This document shows, one piece after another, positions 26,354-35,958 of a stretch of DNA of 64,000 nt (within the stretch, counting starts at the first letter, position 1; each line of letters opens with the position of its first letter). The notes beneath the pieces are model-generated. The model was not told where the DNA came from. It worked only from the letters and a program-made list of their open reading frames with translations, and did no database searches. This DNA comes from Acinetobacter phage SH-Ab 15599. The translations under genes and the position numbers were made by a program. The stretch lies in sequence record MH517022.1. One strand, 5' to 3'.

Positions 26354-28165
26354 TTAATTCCAATATCCATTTCTTCCATAAGAATCATGAACATAAGGGT
26401 CATACATATCTGTACCTCTTAATCCAGCGTAAGGGTCGGGATCATTATCAGCAAAGAACTGTTCCACGCTTCTGTTTTTAAGATATGCTAAACGTTCTTC
26501 ATCTTCATTCTGCATAGATGTTGAGCTGAAGAATGTAGCCATAGCGGTATCAGACAATTTAGCGTCATGGATAGCTTTTAGACGGTCTTGAATAGTCTTT
26601 TTATCAGCCGTCTCAAACTCTGAAATGAAGAACGGGTCTTTCACCAACCAACTGAATAACACAAGTGTCATTACAGTATCGTCTTTCGCGCCTTCATCTG
26701 CCTCATATGATCCAGTCTTGTTAGCTACGAAAGTGCCCAACTCATCAATCATGATCTCAGATTCAATAACTAATGATTCCGTTTCTAACAAGGTTTTAAG
26801 GTTAGAACAACCAATAGATTTAGTTGCTTTAGTTGTCTTAATGCCTGGTTTAGCTCCAGAACCACCAATTTGTAAACCAAGACCGTTCTTTTTAGCAGAT
26901 GTCAAGAATACATTTTCATATTCAATTTCATAGTACAGAATCTGAATAATTTGAGAACCAACGGCGTTATTCTCTACCAGACACCAAGCATTGTTGTACT
27001 GAGTACAGATTCTTTCTATCTCATAAGGGAATAGGAGTGGCGAGATAGTGTTAGAATGATATGTGGCCACAACTTTGTATGGCTTCTCAGTTACATCAAA
27101 GATCGTAATGACGGAGTTGTCTTGACCTACCCCCTCGGCACAGTCCACTGTTGCCACATATAGACGTTCTTTATCAGGAGCTGTTAAAATTTCATACGCG
27201 CCGTCATCAAATGAATGAATCGGAGACGCAAATGACATTTTCTCAAGAATATTTGAAGAAATCAAACCGCCAGCTGATGCAAGGAACTTACACTCATGTT
27301 CTTGAGAGAATCTAGAATCGCCCAATGATTTACGAGTTTTGTTAGCCCAATCTTCAGTACGTCCAGGCACACTTCTCCAAGTAACAAGAAGTGATTTGAA
27401 TCCATTCCAATTTTCTCCTTTACCTTGAGAGCCTTGCCAGATTTTATGGAATTGACCTCTGGCTCCCTTAGGAGTAGATGTGATGAGAATCTTAGATGTT
27501 TCACCTGAAGATACAACTGGGAATACAGAATCAACAAAGTCTTCGTCATTGGCTAAGAACGCCATCTCATCAAGATACAGTAATGATGCTGAACGACCAC
27601 GAATAGAGTCAGAAGATGATGCATGACCTTCACAAGATGAACCATTTTCAAACAAGATGTTACCTTGGTTGAATGCGACTGCGCCCTGTTGTAAGAAGTA
27701 TGGCAATTCTTCATATAAACGTCTTAGACGCTTCATGATTTCCATTGCCTGAGCTTCTTTGTTAGCAAGTACGTGACAATCTTTCTCAGCATGGAAGATC
27801 AAATACCAAGCCAAGAACCCTACAACAGCAGTAGTCTTACCAGCCTGACGACAAGTAAGAGCAATATTATAGCGATTCTCTTGATAGTTCTTGATCATTT
27901 CCTCTTGATATGGGTATAACTCAAGAGGTACAAGACCTCGGTCAACGTGTACTACGCGTCCATAGGTCTTCAAGAAGTAAATTGGATCTTTCTTACACTT
28001 CAGCCATTCTTTGATCTGAGCTTCAGACATGTCAATAGACACACCAGCTCTCTTCACACGAGGTTTACCAACAAACAATTGTTCTTTTGTAAGAATGGAA
28101 TCCTCTACAGGCCAAGGGTATTTGCCACCATTCTTTTGAAATGTAGTGATTCCATCTGCTTTCAT
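26354..28165 (-). CDS. 17: Terminase large subunit gp17
   Basis: 603 aa. Walker A CRQAGKTT, LYLDEMAF, and a C-terminal nuclease region with HSNTISP..PYE. Collinear with T4 gp17. Confidence 0.9.
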   Translation of the reverse strand: MKADGITTFQKNGGKYPWPVEDSILTKEQLFVGKPRVKRAGVSIDMSEAQIKEWLKCKKDPIYFLKTYGRVVHVDRGLVPLELYPYQEEMIKNYQENRYNIALTCRQAGKTTAVVGFLAWYLIFHAEKDCHVLANKEAQAMEIMKRLRRLYEELPYFLQQGAVAFNQGNILFENGSSCEGHASSSDSIRGRSASLLYLDEMAFLANDEDFVDSVFPVVSSGETSKILITSTPKGARGQFHKIWQGSQGKGENWNGFKSLLVTWRSVPGRTEDWANKTRKSLGDSRFSQEHECKFLASAGGLISSNILEKMSFASPIHSFDDGAYEILTAPDKERLYVATVDCAEGVGQDNSVITIFDVTEKPYKVVATYHSNTISPLLFPYEIERICTQYNNAWCLVENNAVGSQIIQILYYEIEYENVFLTSAKKNGLGLQIGGSGAKPGIKTTKATKSIGCSNLKTLLETESLVIESEIMIDELGTFVANKTGSYEADEGAKDDTVMTLVLFSWLVKDPFFISEFETADKKTIQDRLKAIHDAKLSDTAMATFFSSTSMQNEDEERLAYLKNRSVEQFFADNDPDPYAGLRGTDMYDPYVHDSYGRNGYWN

Positions 28166-28674
28166 TAAGAGTTACCGCCTTGACTATTACGTTCAGCTTC
28201 AGCTTCATCAGCTAATCTGAGGAGTTCAGATGTATTTACTGCTACTGTCTTAGCGATGTTAATTGTTGTACCTTCTTCAGCCTCTTCAGGTGGCGTCTTA
28301 GGAACAACTTTAGCGTCTTTGTAAATGGTCTTCATGTTACTATGAAGTGAAACAAGTTCTTTCACAGAGTTCAAAGCATTTGAAGATGCAGAGTTGAAAG
28401 CCTCAATTGCTCGAGGGTGTTCAGTCTCTTTAGCAACTGTAGATGCTCTATGAGTGATCTCAAGGTTCATTGTAATCAATGCATGAATGGCACTACGAGC
28501 AAAAGACAAGTCTGGTTTAGCATCAGAGTCTTCAATATCAGGCGCATTGGATGGTTTGATTTCAAGCTCAAAATCTTCGCGCTGCGGTCTCTCATCTGGA
28601 GATACGTCTCCTAGATTTGTATCTGAGCCTGCGGGGATAATCCCCAACTCAGATAAAAGGTTATTCATGCTCAT
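28165..28674 (-). CDS. 16: Terminase small subunit gp16
   Basis: 169 aa, immediately upstream of gp17 with an overlapping ATGA junction. Confidence 0.6.
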   Translation of the reverse strand: MSMNNLLSELGIIPAGSDTNLGDVSPDERPQREDFELEIKPSNAPDIEDSDAKPDLSFARSAIHALITMNLEITHRASTVAKETEHPRAIEAFNSASSNALNSVKELVSLHSNMKTIYKDAKVVPKTPPEEAEEGTTINIAKTVAVNTSELLRLADEAEAERNSQGGNS

Positions 28675-29446
28675 TCATATCCTCCACAACAACCTGTTTC
28701 AATGATCTCAATTCTACATCTTCAGAAGGTGCAATGGTTGTGATCCATTTATTTTCTTCCAAATTAGTGTCAATTTGGAGAACAACTGGAACATCATCAA
28801 TTGAATTGTACAAGTATCCCTTCAGCGTGAACATCAGGTTGAACTCTACAATTCTGGTTTGATCCATATCCTCGAAATTGTCAGTAAGATCCATTGATGG
28901 ATGTTTTCTTATATTTATGACTCTGGTAACGTCAAGAATTGAAGAATCCAAAACTCTAACGTTCACGCCCTTTGCAAATGCAGATTCGATCTGTTCAAAG
29001 ATCAATAATGCCTCGGTTGTTGTATTTGTTCTTACAGTTAACACATAATCTACATTATATGGAGATGGAGCAAGAGCTGATTTAGAAAAAGCTGTATTTC
29101 TTTTGTAATAAATGCTGGCACTCTTTACTCTGGCATGATCCACTGTTTGTCTAGAACCATCCCTTTGAATGGAACCGAAAGTGAATGCCATAGCTGGTAG
29201 AGTAGGTTTAGCCTTTGGGGTCCCGCTATCATTCAGTTGCGTATCACCTTTGTTTCTCACATTACCATTGGCAAAACGGATTGGTACGGGGATTTCTTTC
29301 CCACCCAATCTGATCTTGAACCCAGAGAACAATGCACCGAAGATTGCTGAATAACGACTCAGTTGAGATTGCTCTACAATATGATGTCCATCTGCAAATA
29401 AAGAAAACTGGTTAGACATATCATTCTCCAAATGGGTTATCAACAT
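28661..29446 (-). CDS. 15: Tail sheath stabilizer/completion protein gp15
   Basis: 261 aa. N-terminal FSLFADGHH...YSAIFGALFSGFKIRLGG..IPVPIRFANG resembles the T4 gp15 N-terminus. Position matches. Confidence 0.6.
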   Translation of the reverse strand: MLITHLENDMSNQFSLFADGHHIVEQSQLSRYSAIFGALFSGFKIRLGGKEIPVPIRFANGNVRNKGDTQLNDSGTPKAKPTLPAMAFTFGSIQRDGSRQTVDHARVKSASIYYKRNTAFSKSALAPSPYNVDYVLTVRTNTTTEALLIFEQIESAFAKGVNVRVLDSSILDVTRVINIRKHPSMDLTDNFEDMDQTRIVEFNLMFTLKGYLYNSIDDVPVVLQIDTNLEENKWITTIAPSEDVELRSLKQVVVEDMNEHE

Positions 29447-30050
29447 CGAACTTGACTACAGCTTCAATAGCATTAGCTGCCGTATCTTCAAAATTCTCAC
29501 TTTCATCCTGAGAAGGAAGTCCTTTGGCAAGATCGTCAAGAACGCCTTGGAAAACGTAATCTTGATTATCAAAAGCATCTTCATGTTTTGGTTGATAGAT
29601 TGTACAGTTGATAATCCAGCTATATCGTTTAGCCCCGACATAATATGTGTCATCAGTTCTCACGCGTCTTATTTCCCAGAGTCTATTACCAACTGGGTCA
29701 TATAACACGTCTCCCTCTTTGGGTTCGGAAATATTGAAGGGCTTTGATTCTTCCTTAAATCGACTCATAGCAAATCTAAGGACGGCTGTATCTGAAGGGA
29801 TTACACCCCAGTTACTGAAGATATCAGCCTCGCCCCCGAAATTCTGGATTTCAATAACTTCACCCTCAATGGTGAATTGACGGGCTAATTTTTTGATTTC
29901 AGCATCATTCAAAGCATTATGTTCAGATTCGATCAACTGAATATATTTGAAATCAATGCCTACAACTTGAATAGCCTCAACAACTAGATCATTGTATAGG
30001 TCGCATTCTCCATCCGTTACTTGGATGGCATTTAACATTGGATTTAGCAT
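29421..30050 (-). CDS. 14: Neck protein gp14
   Basis: 209 aa, sitting between gp13 and gp15 as in T4. Confidence 0.5.
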   Translation of the reverse strand: MLNPMLNAIQVTDGECDLYNDLVVEAIQVVGIDFKYIQLIESEHNALNDAEIKKLARQFTIEGEVIEIQNFGGEADIFSNWGVIPSDTAVLRFAMSRFKEESKPFNISEPKEGDVLYDPVGNRLWEIRRVRTDDTYYVGAKRYSWIINCTIYQPKHEDAFDNQDYVFQGVLDDLAKGLPSQDESENFEDTAANAIEAVVKFDVDNPFGE

Positions 30051-30072
30051 CAGTTGATCTCCTCTGGTCTAT

Positions 30073-30858
30073 TTACGCTAGATAAAATAAATCACATGCT
30101 TCATTGCGTAAACGTTGCATAATGTCATCTTCATCTTGACGCCCTTGCTCTAACATAGCTTGACCGCTGATAACTTGTCCGCCAGGCAAGCGCATACCTT
30201 CGTATTTCGACATTGTTTGACCAATAATCTGTTTACAAAAGGCAGTAGCCAAATCTTGCATGGTTTCATTATCAAAGATAAGACCGCCGTTGATTTCACT
30301 AATTGGAACAGTTTGGTTCATACCAGTATGTTGTTCTTCAGGAGGATAATCTTCAATGGCTCTTACGCAGATCATATCATTCAATTTCACAGGAAACTTT
30401 AACATAACGCGGTGATTGAATTTAGAGAATACAAATGGAAAGATGTCCATACCAGTGGTAATCTTATATGTATCAACCCGAGCTAATGCCGCAAAATAGT
30501 CTACCATAGACAAAGGTGTCATAAACACCCCATTTAGGAACACATTGCGAGTGAGAGTGAATTCAGTTGTAGCAAAGTACAATGGATCTGAATTTGTATT
30601 ACCAGCCGGGATAATATCAGTGACGGCGTCAAATGTATCTGGTACTACAAAATAACCTTGGTCAAGAATCTCTTGGGTAATCTTAACAACACAGAAAGAT
30701 TCAAATGAAAAGTTGGTATGCCATCTCCACATTTTCTTCAGTGCGCCGTCAATAGCCCCGTTCATCTGCTCATCAGTAATGTTGATCTTCACTACTGGAT
30801 AACCTAAAGAGTTCATGATGCGAGATTTTACATCAGCTCTCGTTCTATTTCTGTACAT
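30073..30858 (-). CDS. 13: Neck protein gp13
   Basis: 261 aa. DVKSRIMNSLGYPVVKINITDEQ and C-terminal RLPGGQVISGQAMLEQGRQDEDDIMQRLRNE match T4 gp13. Confidence 0.75.
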   Translation of the reverse strand: MYRNRTRADVKSRIMNSLGYPVVKINITDEQMNGAIDGALKKMWRWHTNFSFESFCVVKITQEILDQGYFVVPDTFDAVTDIIPAGNTNSDPLYFATTEFTLTRNVFLNGVFMTPLSMVDYFAALARVDTYKITTGMDIFPFVFSKFNHRVMLKFPVKLNDMICVRAIEDYPPEEQHTGMNQTVPISEINGGLIFDNETMQDLATAFCKQIIGQTMSKYEGMRLPGGQVISGQAMLEQGRQDEDDIMQRLRNEACDLFYLA

Positions 30859-31069
30859 TGTTCATTAACTCCCGTATCTGCTCTTGCTGTTCATTATACA
30901 GACGTTTTAATGTTAGGACATCAGATTCAAGACTTTCAATTCTTTGTTTCTGAGTCCTAACAATTTCTCTTGATTTTACAAACTGAAGGAAGCCTTCGGT
31001 ATCGTTATTTGATACCGAAGCCCCTTGTCTAATCCATTTATCGCTCATATTAGCCTTACGCCAACGCAA
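30845..31069 (-). CDS. Small coiled-coil protein
   Basis: 74 aa, with the C-terminal heptad-like stretch IESLESDVLTLKRLYNEQQEQIRELMNNV. Occupies the slot where T4 has wac. Confidence 0.35.
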   Translation of the reverse strand: MRWRKANMSDKWIRQGASVSNNDTEGFLQFVKSREIVRTQKQRIESLESDVLTLKRLYNEQQEQIRELMNNVQK

Positions 31070-34000
31070 TCAAACGCAATTCACTCAATTCAGGGGCTTG
31101 GTTCCCTTCAGACGCAAACAGTTCAATGCGAAGTTTTAATCCCAAGAATGTATCTTGAGTATTAATCTCATATTCAGCTTCATATGAATCGGAGTTAGAG
31201 TTTTTGAAGTTCTTAACAACAGAAACATCCTTCCATTCTTTGTTTGTCAAGTTCTCATCCCCAGAAGTCAAATCCTTGTATTTCAACTTCACACTAGAAC
31301 CATATGGAATGTTACCAACCAAGTAGATTCTAGCAGATGTTGAAGGGTTGTTGAACTTCATAGAACGGGTGATGACCTTAGCAATTACATCAGTCGCATT
31401 AGTGCTGATACGCGAACCAATTAATTCAAGTCCAGCTCCATCTAGATCAATCATTGGAGTAACCCATTCATTGTCAGATTTCATTGTAATTGAAAGTTTT
31501 GGTTTAAGGTCTTTAGTTGAAATTCCATCAAATGGCATATCAGCTAATGTATCAGGTAATAGACCTGTGAATGTTGCAGCTGTTCTGTTACCTTGTTGAT
31601 GAGTTAACAAGTCAAGAGATAAAGATGTACTATCAAGAACAAATGTTCCTAACCAAGGGCACACTTTATCAAACGGGTTGTTACAAGCTACCATGATAGC
31701 GCCACCGCCAATGGAACCGCTAACCAAAGCAGGGGTAGTTGCATCAATAGTGAACCAGTCTACATCTGCAGTTACAACGCGTTGTTCTTGGTTGATACGC
31801 GATGCATCAATTCCATTACCAGATACTGCTCCAGTAATAGAGACGTAATCGCCCACTTTCAGACCGTGACCAAGACACTCTACTTTTAACGAAGAGCTTG
31901 CTTCTGTAGTAGAGATTGAGTTGTATGGTAAAAGTCTTGCGCTTGGTGAAGAACCTTCTAAAACGGCGGTATAAGCTGTATCGGTCTTAAATTTACAACC
32001 CATGATCTTGAATTTCAAGTCTTCTAACTGATTAGGAGTCCAAGTTTGGCCGTTAGAAGATACAAAGAAAACGCCAGTATGAGGTTGTTTAGCAACAACA
32101 TAGTTGTTAGCAAGATCAATCTCTCCCATACGAGCTAAGAATACATTGTACTCTTGGGTATCTGCAAGCAATACAATAGCATATTCCTTATCTTTCTCAA
32201 GATAAACAGGATCAGAAAATTCAAATCTTGTTGCTACTGTACCGTTGTTTGAAACATTCACTTGGTCTGGGTTCTTAATAACTTCACCAAACATCAACAC
32301 TTCATTTGAAGGAGTACCATTGTATACATTACGGATTTGCAATGTCACAGGGATACTACGGGCTTTAGTTGAGAAGTAAATGTCAACTGCTTTAATGAAC
32401 CCACCTCCATCTTTAGAGATAGAGAATGTTTGAGCAACAGGGTCACGATTCCAACGCGCTGTAACTCTTGATGAAGATGAAGTCCATTTGGTTTGGATTG
32501 CTCTGAGGGTTTTAGTTACAGTTGTAGTCTTTTGACGAGTCTCTAACTCACCGCCAGATACAAAGGCCGCTTCGCCCATAGTGAAGTTGTTATTTGGATC
32601 ATCAGAGTTTGTCTGAGAATCTGTGAACTTCAGAATATTCGTACCATTCTTGAAGCGGAAGTCAGTTGTAGTAGGGATTCTAAATGTTCCTGTTGCTGAG
32701 CCGTTAGCATCAGTTACAATAGCTTCACCAAAGTCCTTACCAGTTTGGCGACACTGAGATGATACTGCAATACCTGAGAAGAATGGATACAAACGAGTCA
32801 ATGGTTTGAAACCTTTCAAATCGAATGAAATATCAATACCACGCATGTAAGGTAATACTTGGATTGATACTCTTGAATCAGTAACCTTAACACTTGTACT
32901 TTCTTGAATCTTAGTGTTTACAAATGTATCAGTTGTAGTCTGAATAGTCTCACCTAGACGTTGTGTCAAACGAGTGGTTTCAGATACGACTGAAGAGAGA
33001 AGTTCATCACCTGCTTTCAAACCATTAGTCAAATCATTTGTTTCATTCAAAACGATAGGTTTGTTGTATACAGTATCTTTCCAGAAATCCTGCATTGGAT
33101 TCAAAGTAACCGTACCGCCCCAAGTGAATACTGCAAATGGGTTGATGTTAGATGTAGTTGTAGCATAAACCTGAGAAGCAAACTCTACAAGATCATACGG
33201 TAATGTAACTGTTGAACCATGTTTAACGCCACCACTCAAATATGATAGATCAATACCATTTTGTACGATAGGAGCAGAAACAATTCCTTCTTCAGTATCA
33301 ATAGACGCAGCCCACTCTTGATCTAAAATATCAATCAAACGGAAGTCTTTGAAACGGTCAGCAGCAATACCGTTTTTGTAGCGGTTGTTACCTGTATCTG
33401 GATCCAGAATCTGAGTGCGTTCAGCCTTGGTCTCTACTTGACTCAATGTAGCATAATATTCAACATTTTTCAAGCGTTGATCGATCTTACCAATATCAGC
33501 CATTGTATAGCGTCTATTCTCGACAACACTAGCTTTCACAGACAGAATTGTATCTGTATAAGCAGGAATATTGAGTTGATATAGAGCCATAGAGTCAGCA
33601 GGTATTTTTGGAGCTACAGGAGTCTCAGATGACGTACCCTTAGCAACAGAATAATTTCCTGCAGCTGAAACGTACAAAATGTCAATACGTGGCAAGAACA
33701 TTGTTAAATCAATACGCACGTTATCATTTGGATTAACAATATCATAAGCAGTAGGCAAGTTCGTGAAACTACCGTTAGAAGTCTTCAACAGACGGAAATC
33801 AATACAGTCAGCAAGGCTGCGCAATACTCGGTCTGAAGACTCTTTAGACGTTGGAATATCAGTACGTGGAACATTATATGAATCTACGCAGAAGAACTCT
33901 CCTGAGTTAGAGTGTTCAAAGTATTCATAAGTCACAGTGATGTTAGCAGTAACAGTACCAGATGTTGAAATCAAAGAACCAGTTTCATACCAGTTAGGGC

Positions 34001-35867
34001 GTTGACCGTCAAAGAATGTAAACCCTGAAGTCATATCTAAACCACTATCTGTATTGATAACTGAAACAATACGATAGATGTCAGCTTTTGAAAGACTAAC
34101 AGAAGACGCATCATTCAATGAAAGATTTTCAGTCGTCTCTCTGAGCGTCTTTGTCTTGTATGTTGGGTTGGTTTTGATGATTGTAGCAATTACACGCAAA
34201 GCAACGCCAGCATATGAATTGCCGTAGTCAACATTCAAAACTTTACCTGTAGGTGAACCACCTAATGCTAAACCAGTTACAGGTAGAGTTCCAGAACCAT
34301 TTTGACAAACAAGATAGTCCAGAGAATTGATAGAATTAAAGATTTCAGAGCCAGTTAAACCAATTGAAGATTTACCCGTAGCATCTAAAACGATATCAAA
34401 AGAACGGGTAACATTGAATGTAACATCTAGGCCACCAGTTCCAGTTAATGAACTAACATTTGCATATGGCAGAGGGAATAACAAGCTGTCTACCGTACCA
34501 CCGAACACGCTAGAAACAACTAATGAAGCCTCGAATGTATCTAGAGTTGAAAAACTAGCAACAATACGTTTTACGTTGGAAAACGCTTGGTTAGCGTTCA
34601 TCTTGATATCCATTAGATATAATACAAGATTTTCTCCATCGCGTTTAGCAGCACGGACTTTACAAGTCCCGAGAATTGTATTTGCATCATCTACAAGGTT
34701 ATGAGTTCTGGTGAGATCCAGTTTTGGCAAACCTTTGATTACACTGGTTACAATATAAGAACCGTATTGAGATTGTACTACACCATTGTTGATGATTTTG
34801 GTATCTCTGGCCTTCTCTACAACAACATCTTTGTAGTTAGAAATTTCATGACGGTAGCCCTGAACATAAGAAACGCCACGTTTCAAACGCATAACCATCA
34901 AAGACTCATTACCACCTTCAACTGGAGTATACAATCCATCGACATGTGATTCATCTCGAATATGGTCTAAAATCTCAACAGGAGGGTGAGTGACGGTGTA
35001 GTTACCAGACTCTTCATATGTGCGTTGAGCCAAGATGTCATTAAAAGCAGCATATTGAGTAGTATCATTGACATTCAACACATCGCCTTCTTGAATTTCT
35101 ACAATTTCAATGAATGTATCATCTTTAGCAGAACGGTCAATTGCTTCAAGACTTAATGAGAGTTTAAGACGACATGCCCCTGCCCCCTTGTAGTTAGGTT
35201 CACCAGAAGCGTTAGAGAATAGCGATGCATCCATAGTCTCATCAATGATTTCTTCATGAATTCTGAAGCCAACCAATTTTGAAGGAGACGGTTCTGGGAT
35301 CAAGATAGATTGAGCTGGAGACAATACAAATGAACCGTTTACAAAATAAACACCTTCAATGATACCAGCATAGAAGCCTTTTGACTTTTCAGCAATAACA
35401 GCTGTAGTGATATCAACTTCAGTACCGTCAATCAATTGAGAAACAATTAACGATTCTTCAAGAGCATATTCTGTTTTAGTTTCGCCGTCTGTATTCAGAT
35501 ACTCAATAGCAAACCAACCTGTATTACCGCTGATATCCAAGTATTTTAAGATTTTAGCGCGTAAGCCACTGTTTGCTCCACGAAGATAAAAATCATTGCT
35601 CTGAGACAAGAAATTAGATTGGAAATCAGTTGGGAACAATACACGTAATGTATCTTGATCTTCACGAACTGATACTGAACCCTCACCTACAACAGATCCA
35701 GATTTGAAGAAGTGTGAACCAATACGATTAATTTGTTCTTCAATGATTGACTGCAACTGGTTCATTTCACGAACTTGCACAGAACGACCTGGGCGGAACA
35801 ATACCTTGTGGAATCCCTTACTTGGATCAAAGTCATCGTAGAAAGGTGATGCGTTTGTGTCAACCAT
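31056..35867 (-). CDS. Very large virion structural protein (1603 aa), baseplate/fibre-associated
   Basis: Single uninterrupted ORF at the head of the neck/terminase late operon. Beta-rich and S/T/N/G-rich composition. Confidence 0.5.
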   Translation of the reverse strand: MVDTNASPFYDDFDPSKGFHKVLFRPGRSVQVREMNQLQSIIEEQINRIGSHFFKSGSVVGEGSVSVREDQDTLRVLFPTDFQSNFLSQSNDFYLRGANSGLRAKILKYLDISGNTGWFAIEYLNTDGETKTEYALEESLIVSQLIDGTEVDITTAVIAEKSKGFYAGIIEGVYFVNGSFVLSPAQSILIPEPSPSKLVGFRIHEEIIDETMDASLFSNASGEPNYKGAGACRLKLSLSLEAIDRSAKDDTFIEIVEIQEGDVLNVNDTTQYAAFNDILAQRTYEESGNYTVTHPPVEILDHIRDESHVDGLYTPVEGGNESLMVMRLKRGVSYVQGYRHEISNYKDVVVEKARDTKIINNGVVQSQYGSYIVTSVIKGLPKLDLTRTHNLVDDANTILGTCKVRAAKRDGENLVLYLMDIKMNANQAFSNVKRIVASFSTLDTFEASLVVSSVFGGTVDSLLFPLPYANVSSLTGTGGLDVTFNVTRSFDIVLDATGKSSIGLTGSEIFNSINSLDYLVCQNGSGTLPVTGLALGGSPTGKVLNVDYGNSYAGVALRVIATIIKTNPTYKTKTLRETTENLSLNDASSVSLSKADIYRIVSVINTDSGLDMTSGFTFFDGQRPNWYETGSLISTSGTVTANITVTYEYFEHSNSGEFFCVDSYNVPRTDIPTSKESSDRVLRSLADCIDFRLLKTSNGSFTNLPTAYDIVNPNDNVRIDLTMFLPRIDILYVSAAGNYSVAKGTSSETPVAPKIPADSMALYQLNIPAYTDTILSVKASVVENRRYTMADIGKIDQRLKNVEYYATLSQVETKAERTQILDPDTGNNRYKNGIAADRFKDFRLIDILDQEWAASIDTEEGIVSAPIVQNGIDLSYLSGGVKHGSTVTLPYDLVEFASQVYATTTSNINPFAVFTWGGTVTLNPMQDFWKDTVYNKPIVLNETNDLTNGLKAGDELLSSVVSETTRLTQRLGETIQTTTDTFVNTKIQESTSVKVTDSRVSIQVLPYMRGIDISFDLKGFKPLTRLYPFFSGIAVSSQCRQTGKDFGEAIVTDANGSATGTFRIPTTTDFRFKNGTNILKFTDSQTNSDDPNNNFTMGEAAFVSGGELETRQKTTTVTKTLRAIQTKWTSSSSRVTARWNRDPVAQTFSISKDGGGFIKAVDIYFSTKARSIPVTLQIRNVYNGTPSNEVLMFGEVIKNPDQVNVSNNGTVATRFEFSDPVYLEKDKEYAIVLLADTQEYNVFLARMGEIDLANNYVVAKQPHTGVFFVSSNGQTWTPNQLEDLKFKIMGCKFKTDTAYTAVLEGSSPSARLLPYNSISTTEASSSLKVECLGHGLKVGDYVSITGAVSGNGIDASRINQEQRVVTADVDWFTIDATTPALVSGSIGGGAIMVACNNPFDKVCPWLGTFVLDSTSLSLDLLTHQQGNRTAATFTGLLPDTLADMPFDGISTKDLKPKLSITMKSDNEWVTPMIDLDGAGLELIGSRISTNATDVIAKVITRSMKFNNPSTSARIYLVGNIPYGSSVKLKYKDLTSGDENLTNKEWKDVSVVKNFKNSNSDSYEAEYEINTQDTFLGLKLRIELFASEGNQAPELSELRLIALA

Positions 35868-35924
35868 TCTGGTATCTCCAATGTTGAAATTATGTGTACT
35901 ATATTGTTTTATTTAGTTAAAAGA

Positions 35925-35958
35925 CAAAAGAAAGGGAGCCATTAAGCTCCCTTGATCT
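35925..35958 (-). terminator. Rho-independent terminator (minus strand)
   Basis: GGGAGCTTAATGGCTCCC hairpin then TTTCTTTTGTCTTTT on the minus strand. Confidence 0.55.
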
